Shown here piece after piece: positions 18,626-27,947 of a stretch of 48,800 bases of DNA; position 1 is the stretch's first letter; each line of letters begins with the position of its first letter. The stretch comes from an uncultured Ardenticatenaceae bacterium (lineage in GTDB: Bacteria > Chloroflexota > Anaerolineae > Promineifilales > Promineifilaceae): contig CAYXNH010000001.1 in NCBI GenBank assembly GCA_964466135.1, positions 1,269-50,068 of the forward strand. The letters run 5' to 3'. Under the pieces are notes generated by a model. The model did no database searches. It was not told the origin of the DNA and saw only the letters and a program-made list of their open reading frames with translations. The translations under genes and the position numbers were made by a program.

Positions 18626-18656
18626 GGGCCGGCCTTCCGATTCGGAAGGCCGGCCC
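18626..18656 (+). terminator. GC-rich hairpin after livK (terminator or mRNA stabiliser)
   Basis: GGGCCGGCCTTCCGA T TCGGAAGGCCGGCCC; weak U-tract. Confidence 0.75.
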
Positions 18657-18772
18657 ATCGATCTTTCCCAACTGTCACAGGCTCCGATTTGAGTTGGCGA
18701 CCTGATTCATGGGGCTTGTTGCATATAACGATCGTTGTGTCGGTTTATCCGGCGCAAGCAGGAGGCTAGACA

Positions 18773-19849
18773 ATGACATCATCACGACGCCTCAAAGACC
18801 TGGACTGGATCGGCCTTGCTCTGTGGGTGTTTCGCGCAGTCATCATCCTTCTTGTTGTGGTGGGCACGGTCCGGAAGCTGTTTTTCGGGGTGGGGACGCA
18901 ATATACGAGCCGGGACTGGCTCGACTTCGCTGTGTCCGGCCTGTCCCAGGGGGGCCTATATGCGCTCATTGCCCTCGGCTATACCATGGTCTATGGTGTA
19001 TTGTTCATGATCAACTTCGCCCACGGCGAATTTTTTATGTCGGGCGCGATGACCTCGACCATGCTCGTGGCCTCCACGCTCAGCCGCTCGGGCTTCATGA
19101 ACGAACAGCCGATCATCTATCTGGTGATCGTGACTTTCGCCTCGGTACTGACGTCGATGGGCATCGCCCTGCTGACCGAGCGAATCGCTTACAGGCCGCT
19201 GCGTCGCGCTCCTCGACTGGTGCCGCTCATCACCGCCATCGGCGCGTCGTTCTTTTGGCAATATTTCTTCCGCGGTCTCTTCGGCGGCGATATCAAACCC
19301 TTCCCGGTTCCGGCCATTCTGGACGGTCGGGTCAATGTGCTGGGCATCGATTTCCTCAAGGTGCGCCTGGTGGTGTTCATTGTCTCCATTTTGGCCCTGA
19401 TCGGACTCTATCTGTTCGTCATGAAAACCAAAACCGGCAAGGCCATTCGCGCCGTCGCCGAGGACAAGGACGTGGCGACGCTGATGGGTATCGATGTGGA
19501 CCGCACGATCGCCATCACCTTTGCCGTTGGCGCGGCCATGGCCGGCATCGCCGCCATCCTGTGGGCGCTGGTGTTTAAGCAAGCCCACTTCTTCATGGGT
19601 TTCGTTCCGGGCATCAAGGCGTTCACGGCGGCCGTGTTGGGCGGCATCGGCAGTATCCCCGGCGCGGCCATCGGTGGCCTCTTCCTGGGCCTTATCGAAG
19701 CCGTAGGGCCGCCCCTCTTTCTGGAAGGGTTGGGCATCCCCGGCGCTCACCAGCTGAAGGACGTCACCGCCTTCACCTTGCTCGTTCTGGTTCTCATCTT
19801 CCGGCCGCAAGGCATCGTCGGCGAACGCCTGGCCGAGAAGAAAGCTTAA
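18773..19849 (+). CDS. livH: HAAT ABC permease
   Basis: YALIALGYTMVYGVL.MINFAHGE, GKAIRAVAED, KAFTAAVLGGIG, RPQG. Confidence 0.95.
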   Translation: MTSSRRLKDLDWIGLALWVFRAVIILLVVVGTVRKLFFGVGTQYTSRDWLDFAVSGLSQGGLYALIALGYTMVYGVLFMINFAHGEFFMSGAMTSTMLVASTLSRSGFMNEQPIIYLVIVTFASVLTSMGIALLTERIAYRPLRRAPRLVPLITAIGASFFWQYFFRGLFGGDIKPFPVPAILDGRVNVLGIDFLKVRLVVFIVSILALIGLYLFVMKTKTGKAIRAVAEDKDVATLMGIDVDRTIAITFAVGAAMAGIAAILWALVFKQAHFFMGFVPGIKAFTAAVLGGIGSIPGAAIGGLFLGLIEAVGPPLFLEGLGIPGAHQLKDVTAFTLLVLVLIFRPQGIVGERLAEKKA

Positions 19850-19861
19850 AGGAGGCATCTC

Positions 19862-21562
19862 ATGACAAGAGAAAACTGGCGTCGTATCGTCCGGATCGGC
19901 CTCCTGATGGGTCTATTGATCCTGATGACCAGCGTCATCGGCATGGTGGAAACATTCAACGAGCGCCCGCTCGTCGTCGGCTACCTCACCTTGGGGCAAT
20001 TGCTGTTGTTTATCCCGGCTCTCTTTGGCGGTTATCTGTCCGTCCCGGCTGGAGAGCATCGGGCGCCCCTCATGAGGCTGGTTGGGGGATTGGTGACCGG
20101 ATTGCTGGCGTCGATCCCTGTCGTTCTGTTGATCCTGCTGGCATCGTCCTGGCCCGGTATCCGGACCTATTTCGTAAACGTCTCGCCCAAGCTGATTAAC
20201 GAAATTTTGCTCTTCGGTATGGCGATGGGTCCGGGGATCGGTCTTCTGGTGGCTGAGATAGCGATTTTGGGACTCGTCGGCGCGGCTATTCATCTGGTTC
20301 CCGATCGATTCAGCAAGCCAATATTGACGGCCTTGATCGTGACCGTCACGTTTGCCCTCTTTTCCGATGTGCCGCTCAACATCGCCAATCAGTTAATGGA
20401 ACGCAAGACCGTCCGTATCCTGTTTGGCGCGAAGGGCATCACGCCACTGGCGGCCGTCCTGGTGTTTGCCATCTCCCTGATCGCCGCCTTCTATTGGACG
20501 CTGAAAGGGCAGGCTGCTTATAAACAACGGCAGGCTGCCCGTACCCCCGCCCAGGCCAAACAATCACAAAAGATCGCGATGATCGCCCTGCTGATCACCC
20601 TGCTGGTGCTACCGCGGGTGTTGGGTATATTCCTGACTAACGTTCTGGATCAGGTGGGCATCTTCATCCTGATGGCGCTCGGTCTTAATATCGTGGTCGG
20701 TTTTGCCGGGTTGCTCGACCTGGGCTACGTCGCTTTCTTCGCCATTGGCGCCTATGTGACGGCCTTGATGACGTCCACTGGCGCTTTGGGGATGGGCTTG
20801 AGCTTCTGGGTGGCCGTGCCCGTCGCCGTGCTGGCCGCCACAATGGCGGGGACCATCCTCGGCATTCCGGTCCTGCGCATGCGCGGCGACTATCTGGCCA
20901 TCGTCACCCTCGGCTTCGGCGAGATCATCCGTGTGCTGGTGCGCTCCGACCTGCTCAAACCGGTCATCGGCGGCGCGCAAGGAATCCTGAACATCGGTCG
21001 CCCGACTATCGGCGGCTTTGAGTTCATCTCGCCGCTTCATTTCTATTACCTCATCCTCTTGGGCTGTCTCCTGGCCTGGTTCATCGCCGGGCGATTGCGT
21101 GATGGCCGCCTGGGTCGCCGCTGGATGGCCATGCGCGAGGATGAAGACGTAGCGGAGGCGGTGGGTATCAATCTGGTGTCCACCAAACTGCTGGCCTTTT
21201 CTATCGGCGCGGCCTTTGCCGGGTTGGCCGGGGCGCTGTTTGCCCCGCGCATCGGTTCCGTATTTCCTAACAGCTTTGAACTCCTCATCTCGATCAATGT
21301 CTTGTGCATCGTCATCGTCGGCGGTATCGGCAGCCTGCCCGGCGTCGTGCTCGGCGCGTTTGTGCTGGTCGGCCTGCCGGAACTGTTGCGCGAGTTTGAG
21401 GAGTATCGGCTACTCATGTATGGCATCCTGCTGATCGTCATGATGCTCGTCCGGCCCGAAGGTCTCTGGCCGTCGGCCATCACTCGTCGTGAATTGCATG
21501 CCGCAGAGGAAGAGGCTGCGCGCGAGGGGATTCAGCACGAAGAGGTCCATCCAATCGCCTGA
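19862..21562 (+). CDS. livM: HAAT ABC permease with long N-terminal membrane extension
   Basis: ALGLNIVVGFAGLLDLGY, LRMRGDYLAIVTLGFGEI, GRRWMAMREDE, RPEGL. Confidence 0.93.
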   Translation: MTRENWRRIVRIGLLMGLLILMTSVIGMVETFNERPLVVGYLTLGQLLLFIPALFGGYLSVPAGEHRAPLMRLVGGLVTGLLASIPVVLLILLASSWPGIRTYFVNVSPKLINEILLFGMAMGPGIGLLVAEIAILGLVGAAIHLVPDRFSKPILTALIVTVTFALFSDVPLNIANQLMERKTVRILFGAKGITPLAAVLVFAISLIAAFYWTLKGQAAYKQRQAARTPAQAKQSQKIAMIALLITLLVLPRVLGIFLTNVLDQVGIFILMALGLNIVVGFAGLLDLGYVAFFAIGAYVTALMTSTGALGMGLSFWVAVPVAVLAATMAGTILGIPVLRMRGDYLAIVTLGFGEIIRVLVRSDLLKPVIGGAQGILNIGRPTIGGFEFISPLHFYYLILLGCLLAWFIAGRLRDGRLGRRWMAMREDEDVAEAVGINLVSTKLLAFSIGAAFAGLAGALFAPRIGSVFPNSFELLISINVLCIVIVGGIGSLPGVVLGAFVLVGLPELLREFEEYRLLMYGILLIVMMLVRPEGLWPSAITRRELHAAEEEAAREGIQHEEVHPIA

Positions 21563-21572
21563 GGGTGACGAT

Positions 21573-22382
21573 ATGAGCAACATACTGGAAACAACCAACG
21601 TAACCAAGCGCTTCGGCGGCCTGACGGCCGTGAATGATCTGAGCTTTGCCATTCCCAAGGGCAGCATCGTCAGCATCATCGGCCCCAACGGCGCGGGCAA
21701 GACGACGTTCTTCAACTGCATCACCGGCTTCTACAAGATCGACGAGGGCGACATCATCTTCGACGGCCAATCCATCAAGGGCCGGTCTCCCGACCAGATC
21801 ACCAAGTTGGGCATCGCCCGTACTTATCAGAACATCCGGCTCTTCTCCAATATGTCGGCTATCGAGAACATCCTCGTGGGCATGGAGCCTCGGCTTCACT
21901 CGCCGTGGTACGGCCCGGTCTTCGGCCTGCGCGGCACGAAGGATGAGGAAGAAAAAGCCGTTGTGGAGGCCAACCAGTTGCTCAACTTTGTGAGCCTGCG
22001 CGGCAAAGGCGATACCCTGTCCCGCAATCTGCCTTACGGCGATCAGCGGCGGCTGGAGATCGCCCGCGCATTGGGCGGCAACCCCAAGCTCTTGCTCCTC
22101 GACGAGCCGACGGCCGGCATGAACCCGCGCGAGACGGCCGAGACGACCGAGTTTATCCGTAATCTGCGGGACGAAGTGGGTATCACGGTTCTGCTCATCG
22201 AGCACGATATGCGCGTGGTCATGGGTATATCGGAGGATATCACCGTGCTGGACTACGGCGAGAAAATCGCCCAAGGGACGCCGGTGCAAATTCAGGGCAA
22301 CGCCCGCGTGGTCGAAGCCTATCTCGGCCGTGGCGCCGCCGGAGCCGCCCATCTGAGTCTGGATCACAAGGAGGCTGCATGA
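21573..22382 (+). CDS. livG: HAAT ABC ATP-binding protein
   Basis: KRFGGL.AV, GPNGAGKTT, ARTYQNIRLF, LPYGDQRRLEIARAL, LLDEPTAG. Confidence 0.95.
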   Translation: MSNILETTNVTKRFGGLTAVNDLSFAIPKGSIVSIIGPNGAGKTTFFNCITGFYKIDEGDIIFDGQSIKGRSPDQITKLGIARTYQNIRLFSNMSAIENILVGMEPRLHSPWYGPVFGLRGTKDEEEKAVVEANQLLNFVSLRGKGDTLSRNLPYGDQRRLEIARALGGNPKLLLLDEPTAGMNPRETAETTEFIRNLRDEVGITVLLIEHDMRVVMGISEDITVLDYGEKIAQGTPVQIQGNARVVEAYLGRGAAGAAHLSLDHKEAA

Positions 22383-23089
22383 GCATCCTGGAACTGAAAG
22401 ACGTACACGCCTATTACGGCAAAATTCATGCCCTGAAAGGTATATCGCTGAAAGTTGAGCAAGGCGAGATCGTCACTCTCATTGGCGGCAACGGCGCGGG
22501 CAAGACCACGACGCTGCGAACCATCTGTGCCCTCATGCGGCCGACTGTCGGTTCGGTCACATTCAACGGCGAAGATCTGTCGCATCACAAGCCCAGCTCG
22601 CTGACCGCCAAGGGCATCGCTATGGTTCCCGAGGGGCGCGGCGTGTTCGCACGCATGACCGTTTTGGAAAACCTGGAGATGGGCGCCTTCCACCGCAAGG
22701 ACAAGGAGATCGCCCAGGACATCGGCCAGATTTATGACCTGTTTCCGCGCCTTAAGGAGCGTCGGACGCAGTTGGCTGGCACGATGTCCGGTGGCGAGCA
22801 GCAGATGCTGGCCATGGGCCGGGCCATGATGTCTCGGCCGAGCCTGTTGCTACTGGATGAGCCGTCGATGGGTCTTGCTCCCGTCCTGGTGGAGGCTATC
22901 TTCAGCACCATTGTGGACATCAATAGTCGGGGCACGACCGTTCTCCTGGTGGAGCAAAACGCGCTAATGGCGCTCAACATCGCCAGCCGCGGCTACGTCC
23001 TGCAAACAGGCGCGATCGTCCTCAGCGACAGCGCCAAGGCGCTGCAACAGAACGAGATGGTCCAGAAGGTCTATCTGGGTATTGAATAA
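22379..23089 (+). CDS. livF: HAAT ABC ATP-binding protein
   Basis: GGNGAGKTT, VPEGRGVF, MSGGEQQMLAMGRA, LDEPSMGLAP, LLVEQN. Confidence 0.95.
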   Translation: MSILELKDVHAYYGKIHALKGISLKVEQGEIVTLIGGNGAGKTTTLRTICALMRPTVGSVTFNGEDLSHHKPSSLTAKGIAMVPEGRGVFARMTVLENLEMGAFHRKDKEIAQDIGQIYDLFPRLKERRTQLAGTMSGGEQQMLAMGRAMMSRPSLLLLDEPSMGLAPVLVEAIFSTIVDINSRGTTVLLVEQNALMALNIASRGYVLQTGAIVLSDSAKALQQNEMVQKVYLGIE

Positions 23090-23133
23090 TGATGGTTTGA
23101 GGCGCGCCCCCGTTGCTCGAACTCTTTCAATGT

Positions 23134-23162
23134 GTAGGGGCGGGTTTCAAACCCGCCCTTGC
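23134..23162 (+). repeat. GTAG-type REP palindrome
   Basis: GTAG-GGGCGGGTTT-C-AAACCCGCCC: GTAG foot plus a perfect hairpin, intergenic between livF and the OCD-family gene. Confidence 0.75.
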
Positions 23163-23194
23163 AATGGGGATTAATCCCCCAATCTACCTAATCC

Positions 23195-24178
23195 ATGAAA
23201 CTCCGACTCTACTCCGCGGCCGATGTCAATCGCGCCTTGCCCATGGCCGAGGCCATCGAGGGGGTGAAGGCGGGCTATGTTCAACTCTCGGCCGGTCGCG
23301 CCCAAATTCCTCTGCGCACACCCCTGGACGTCTCGCCCGATAACGTCACGCTGATCATGCCCTTCTACACGCCCGATGGGGGTGGCGCGCTGGGCCTCAA
23401 GCTGGTCTCCGTGTTTGGCGACAACGTCGCGCGGGGCTTGCCGCTCATCCATTCCGTCGTACTGGCCGTTGATCCGATGACCGGCGCGCCCCAGGCGTTG
23501 ATCGAGGGGGGCACGCTGACCGCCATTCGCACCGGCGCGGCATCCGGCGCGGCCACCGACGTGCTGGCCCGGCCTGATGCAGCTGTCGCCGCCATTTTTG
23601 GCAGCGGGGTACAGGCCCGGCGGCAACTGGAGGCGGTCTGCACCGCGCGGTCGATCGAGCGCGTATGGGTCTACAGTTTGGCTGGAGCTGAGGAGTTCGC
23701 GGCCGAGATGGCCGGCCATGGCCCCATCCCCGCCGATATTCGCATCGCCGAAAGCCCGCGCCAGGCGGTAGCCGAGGCTGACGTTATCTGCACCGCCACA
23801 ACCTCGCGCAAGCCTGTGTTCGACGGCCGCGATTTGAAACCCGGCGCCCACATCAACGGCATCGGTTCATTCACACCTCAGATGCAGGAGATCGACGCCT
23901 TTGCCGTGCGTCGCGCGCGGGTCGTCGTCGATTCCATCGCGGCGGTCCTGGCCGAGGCCGGCGATCTGATTATCCCGCTCAACGCCGGGGAGATCGGCCG
24001 CGACCATATCGACACTGAGCTGGGCGAAGTCATCGCCGGAATCAAGCCGGGGCGAACCAGCCCCGAGCAGATCACCTTCTTCAAGTCCGTCGGCGTGGCC
24101 GTCCAGGATGCCATGGCCGCCCAAATCATCTTGCGCAACGGCTCCGATCTGGGGCTGGGCACGGCAATCGACCTATGA
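23195..24178 (+). CDS. Ornithine cyclodeaminase / mu-crystallin family protein
   Basis: LIMP, GLKLVSVF..N, LTAIRTGAASG.AT, FGSGVQA, ICTAT, G.HINGIGS, FFKSVGVAVQD. Confidence 0.92.
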   Translation: MKLRLYSAADVNRALPMAEAIEGVKAGYVQLSAGRAQIPLRTPLDVSPDNVTLIMPFYTPDGGGALGLKLVSVFGDNVARGLPLIHSVVLAVDPMTGAPQALIEGGTLTAIRTGAASGAATDVLARPDAAVAAIFGSGVQARRQLEAVCTARSIERVWVYSLAGAEEFAAEMAGHGPIPADIRIAESPRQAVAEADVICTATTSRKPVFDGRDLKPGAHINGIGSFTPQMQEIDAFAVRRARVVVDSIAAVLAEAGDLIIPLNAGEIGRDHIDTELGEVIAGIKPGRTSPEQITFFKSVGVAVQDAMAAQIILRNGSDLGLGTAIDL

Positions 24179-25335
24179 GTAACCTACCCTCAACAGCCCA
24201 GGTCGTCGTCATTGGCGGCGGCGTCATGGGCGCAAGCACCGCCTATCATCTGGCGTTGCGCGGCATGCGCGACGTCGTGCTGCTGGAAAGCCAGAGCTTC
24301 TTCGGTCAGGGAGCCACCGGTAAATGCGCCGGCGGCATTCGCTACCAGTTCTCCACGGCCATCAACATCCGGCTCTCGCAGCTTAGTCTGCCGATGCTCA
24401 GTCGCTTCGAGGAGGAGACGGGCCAGCCCATCGACCTGCGCTATCCCGGCTATCTGCTGCTGGCGACGACCGAGGAAAACGTGGCCGAATTTCAGCGCAA
24501 CATCGCGCTGCAACACAGTCTGGGCGTGCCCACGGAATGGCTGGAGGCTAACGAGGTTCGCCGCCGCATCCCTCAATTCAGGACTGATGACGTGCTGGCG
24601 GCCACCTATCACAAAGGAGATGGTCTGGCCGACCCCAACGGCGTCGTAGCCGGTTATATCAGCGCCGGTCGGCGGTTAGGTGTACGCGCTTTCAATGACG
24701 CACCGGTGACGGGCATCGAAGTTACGAGCGGCCACGTGACGGCCGTGAATACGCCGCTCGGCCGCATCGCCTGCCAGGTGGTGGTAAACGCCGCCGGTCC
24801 ATGGGCCGGTCTGGTCGGCGAATTGGCCGGCGTACCCATCCCCATCACACCCATCCGTCGCCAGATCGTGACGACTTCGCCCCTGCCCGAACTGGACCCG
24901 AACTTCCCCTTCGTCATCGACTTCGCCCACAGCCTCTACTTTCACCGCGAAGGTGAGGGCTTGCTGACCGGGATGTCGAATCCCAATCAGCCCGCCGGTT
25001 TCGACGAGAGCGTCGACGATGATTGGGAATTGGTTCATCTGGAGGCGGCTGTCGAGCGATTGCCTCTGTTGGCCAAGGCAGGCCTGCAAGCTCATTGGGC
25101 GGGCCTCTATGAGGTGACGCCCGACGCACACCCGATCATCGGCCGCGTGCCCGATCTGGAGGGCTTTATCGTGGTCGCCGGGTATTCCGGTCATGGCTTC
25201 ATGCACGGCCCGATCGCCGGGTTGTTGGTGACGGAGATGATCCTCGACGGCCGCGCCCACACGCTCGACATCAGCGAGTTGGCCTACGAACGGTTCGCCG
25301 CCGGGCGCCTTGCCCACGAATACAACGTCATCTAG
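24175..25335 (+). CDS. FAD-dependent D-amino acid oxidase / sarcosine oxidase beta-like dehydrogenase
   Basis: VVIGGGVMG, GATGKCAGG, VVNAAGPW, WAGLYEVTPD..PIIG, GYSGHGFM; start overlaps the upstream stop (ATGA). Confidence 0.9.
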   Translation: MSNLPSTAQVVVIGGGVMGASTAYHLALRGMRDVVLLESQSFFGQGATGKCAGGIRYQFSTAINIRLSQLSLPMLSRFEEETGQPIDLRYPGYLLLATTEENVAEFQRNIALQHSLGVPTEWLEANEVRRRIPQFRTDDVLAATYHKGDGLADPNGVVAGYISAGRRLGVRAFNDAPVTGIEVTSGHVTAVNTPLGRIACQVVVNAAGPWAGLVGELAGVPIPITPIRRQIVTTSPLPELDPNFPFVIDFAHSLYFHREGEGLLTGMSNPNQPAGFDESVDDDWELVHLEAAVERLPLLAKAGLQAHWAGLYEVTPDAHPIIGRVPDLEGFIVVAGYSGHGFMHGPIAGLLVTEMILDGRAHTLDISELAYERFAAGRLAHEYNVI

Positions 25336-25504
25336 GGTTGCCGGAGCAGATTTACACACGCCTGCCGCCCGCGCGGCTGTCGCCTGTTTTGTGTGTAATC
25401 GGTGAAATATGGCGCTTCACTTCTGCCGATCCGGCCAAAATCGGTATACTTGCGGCGTGGCCGAGATTAACGGCCGCCATTAATCCGGTTAATCTGTGTA
25501 AGCT

Positions 25505-27943
25505 GTGAAATCCTGGCTTTCCCTCCAACGAATAATCATCATCCTGATCCTCACGACAACGGCGGCCCTGGTCGCCTGCAATCGATTGTCCGAGACGGAG
25601 GTTGGCGAAGTCGCCCCGACCGCCACTGTCCCCGTCGCGCCAACGGCCGATCTGCCGGTTGATGCCGCCGGTGATCTGCTGGTCATCGCTACCGATGCTC
25701 CGCTGCCGCCCTTCGCCGATTTTGATGTATTCGGTAACATCATCGGCTTTAACAACGCCGTTGTCGAGGGCATCGCCGCGCGGACCGGTCTGGAGTATGA
25801 GTTTGTCGTCACCCCCAGCGACGGCGTCCTCGATAATATCGCCGCCGGGTCGGCGCGCGACTTCGATGCCGTCATGTCGGCCCTGGTCATCCCCGATACG
25901 CCACCGCCAGGCATCGCCTTTACCCATCCCTATCTGGAAGTTGGGCAGGTTCTGGCCGTCCTTGTCGACGACAAGACCGTCAACGGCGCGGTCGACATTC
26001 AGCCGGGAATGGCCGTCGGCGTGCTGAAAGACAGCGCGGGGCAGGATGCGGCCGCGGCTTTGGGTATTGCCGAGTCCGATCTCTTCGCCACCTACGACCG
26101 TCCGTCGCAACTCTTTCAGGCGCTCATCGACGAGGTCATCGACGTCGTCATTGTCGACAGCTATATCGCTGAATATTTCTCGCGCAACTTTCCTGAGCAG
26201 GTGCGCATCGCCGGAGGCGAGGGACGAGAGGCCTGGCTTGATCACCGCGCCTACGGCATCGCCGTGGCCGCCGACAACACCGAGCTTCTTGACACGCTCA
26301 ATTCGGCCATCGACGGCTTGCGTGATGCCGGCGCGCTGGACGAGCTGACCGTCTCCTGGCTCATCTCCGAGGCCGATCCCGCGGCGGCCGTTAATCCCGG
26401 CGAGTCTCGCGTCGGCACGCCCACCACTGAGCTGTTCATCGGCGTGGTGGGCCAATTCTCCGATATGGATCCCGCCTCCCTGACGACCGATTTCGTCAGT
26501 TGGGAGGTCAAGACCAACACGATGAGCGGTCTCTATCGCTTTAACCCCGACAATCAGCTGGAGCCGTTGCTGGCTTCGGCGCTGCCGTCCGTCTCCGAGG
26601 ACAAGCTGGAATACACTATCCCGCTGCGCGCGGGTTTGCGTTTTCCCGACGGCAGTGAATTCACGGCCGATGATGTTAAATGGTCGCTCAATCGTGCGGC
26701 CGGATTGGGGAACTTCCTCGTCAATACCTATCTCAAGGACAGCAACGGCGATAACTTCGCCGACGAAGATGCGGTGCAGGTCATCGACCCGTCGACGGTC
26801 AAGATCATCCTGAAGGAGCCGACCGGCTATTTTCCGGCGATTCTGGCTGTGCCGCCCTTCTTCCCCATCAGTAGCGAATGCTATTCCGAAGCCGGGGACC
26901 CCGGCAGCACGTGCGGCGCCATTGGTCCCTACACCATCGTAAGTTGGGAACTTAACGATCGCCTGCGCCTGCGCGCCAATCCTGACTGGCCGGGCGAGCC
27001 GAAACCGGCTTTCGAGAACATCACGATTAAATTCTACACCGACGCCGGTTCGATGCGGCGCTCGCTGGTCGAGTTCCGCTCGGTGGATCTGGCCTGGACG
27101 GGTTTGACGTTCTCAGATTATGTCGAGTTGTCCGGGCTGGACGAGACCGGTGACGGCACGGCGGATTACACCGGCTGGCAAGGCAGCAACACCTTCAAGA
27201 GCTACATCATCTTCGAGCAAGGGACCGAGCCGTGGGACAGCGAGCGGGTGCGACAGGCGGCCGCGCTGGCCATCGACCATGATGCCCTGGCCGCGCTGTT
27301 CGGTGGGGCGCGCTTGCCGCTGCTCAGCCCGGTCCCCGATACCATCCCCGGGCACCTGCCCACTTTTCCCGCGCGCGATCTGGAGGCGGCCCGGACGTTG
27401 TTGCGCGCCGAAGGCTACACCGAGGCCACGAAATTGCCCATCACGCTGTGGTACGTCAACGACGGCCGCTACAGCTCGCTGGAAGATACTTACGCCGCGA
27501 CCATCAAGGCCCAACTGGAGGAGACCAACATTTTCCAGGTGGAGACGGCCGGGGCGAGTTGGGACGAGTTCCGCCTGCAGATCTCGCAGTGCAGCTTCCC
27601 CATGTACCTCATTGGCTGGCCCTCTCCGGGGCAGCCGACCACCTACCTCGATGCCACCAGCTGGACGGACTTCTTCGTCACCAATACCAACCGCGTGTTC
27701 TGCTCCAACTATGAGAGCGACAAGATGACCAAACTGGTGGCGGAGGCACGGGCGGAAGTGGAAGAAGGCCCGCGACTGGAGCTATACGGCCAGGTTCAGA
27801 CGCTTTGGGCCAAGGAGTTGCCGACCCTGCCGCTGACCCAGGAGCCACGCCGAGCCGTCTCGCTGACGACCATTGGTGGTGTCCGCGTCGACGCGCTGGG
27901 GTTGATGCACTACGAATGGCTGACGAAAGAGGGGGCTGAGTAA
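25505..27943 (+). CDS. Lipoprotein fusing a family-3 (polar amino acid) and a family-5 (peptide/nickel) ABC substrate-binding domain
   Basis: Lipobox LVAC; N-half ATDAPLPPF...IIGF...FTHPY...YGIAV; C-half DP...GL...P.LA..LP.VSED...YT..LR.G..F.DG..FTA.DVKWS, GPY, N..W, VRQA...AID. Confidence 0.85.
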   Translation: MKSWLSLQRIIIILILTTTAALVACNRLSETEVGEVAPTATVPVAPTADLPVDAAGDLLVIATDAPLPPFADFDVFGNIIGFNNAVVEGIAARTGLEYEFVVTPSDGVLDNIAAGSARDFDAVMSALVIPDTPPPGIAFTHPYLEVGQVLAVLVDDKTVNGAVDIQPGMAVGVLKDSAGQDAAAALGIAESDLFATYDRPSQLFQALIDEVIDVVIVDSYIAEYFSRNFPEQVRIAGGEGREAWLDHRAYGIAVAADNTELLDTLNSAIDGLRDAGALDELTVSWLISEADPAAAVNPGESRVGTPTTELFIGVVGQFSDMDPASLTTDFVSWEVKTNTMSGLYRFNPDNQLEPLLASALPSVSEDKLEYTIPLRAGLRFPDGSEFTADDVKWSLNRAAGLGNFLVNTYLKDSNGDNFADEDAVQVIDPSTVKIILKEPTGYFPAILAVPPFFPISSECYSEAGDPGSTCGAIGPYTIVSWELNDRLRLRANPDWPGEPKPAFENITIKFYTDAGSMRRSLVEFRSVDLAWTGLTFSDYVELSGLDETGDGTADYTGWQGSNTFKSYIIFEQGTEPWDSERVRQAAALAIDHDALAALFGGARLPLLSPVPDTIPGHLPTFPARDLEAARTLLRAEGYTEATKLPITLWYVNDGRYSSLEDTYAATIKAQLEETNIFQVETAGASWDEFRLQISQCSFPMYLIGWPSPGQPTTYLDATSWTDFFVTNTNRVFCSNYESDKMTKLVAEARAEVEEGPRLELYGQVQTLWAKELPTLPLTQEPRRAVSLTTIGGVRVDALGLMHYEWLTKEGAE

Positions 27944-27947
27944 GTCC

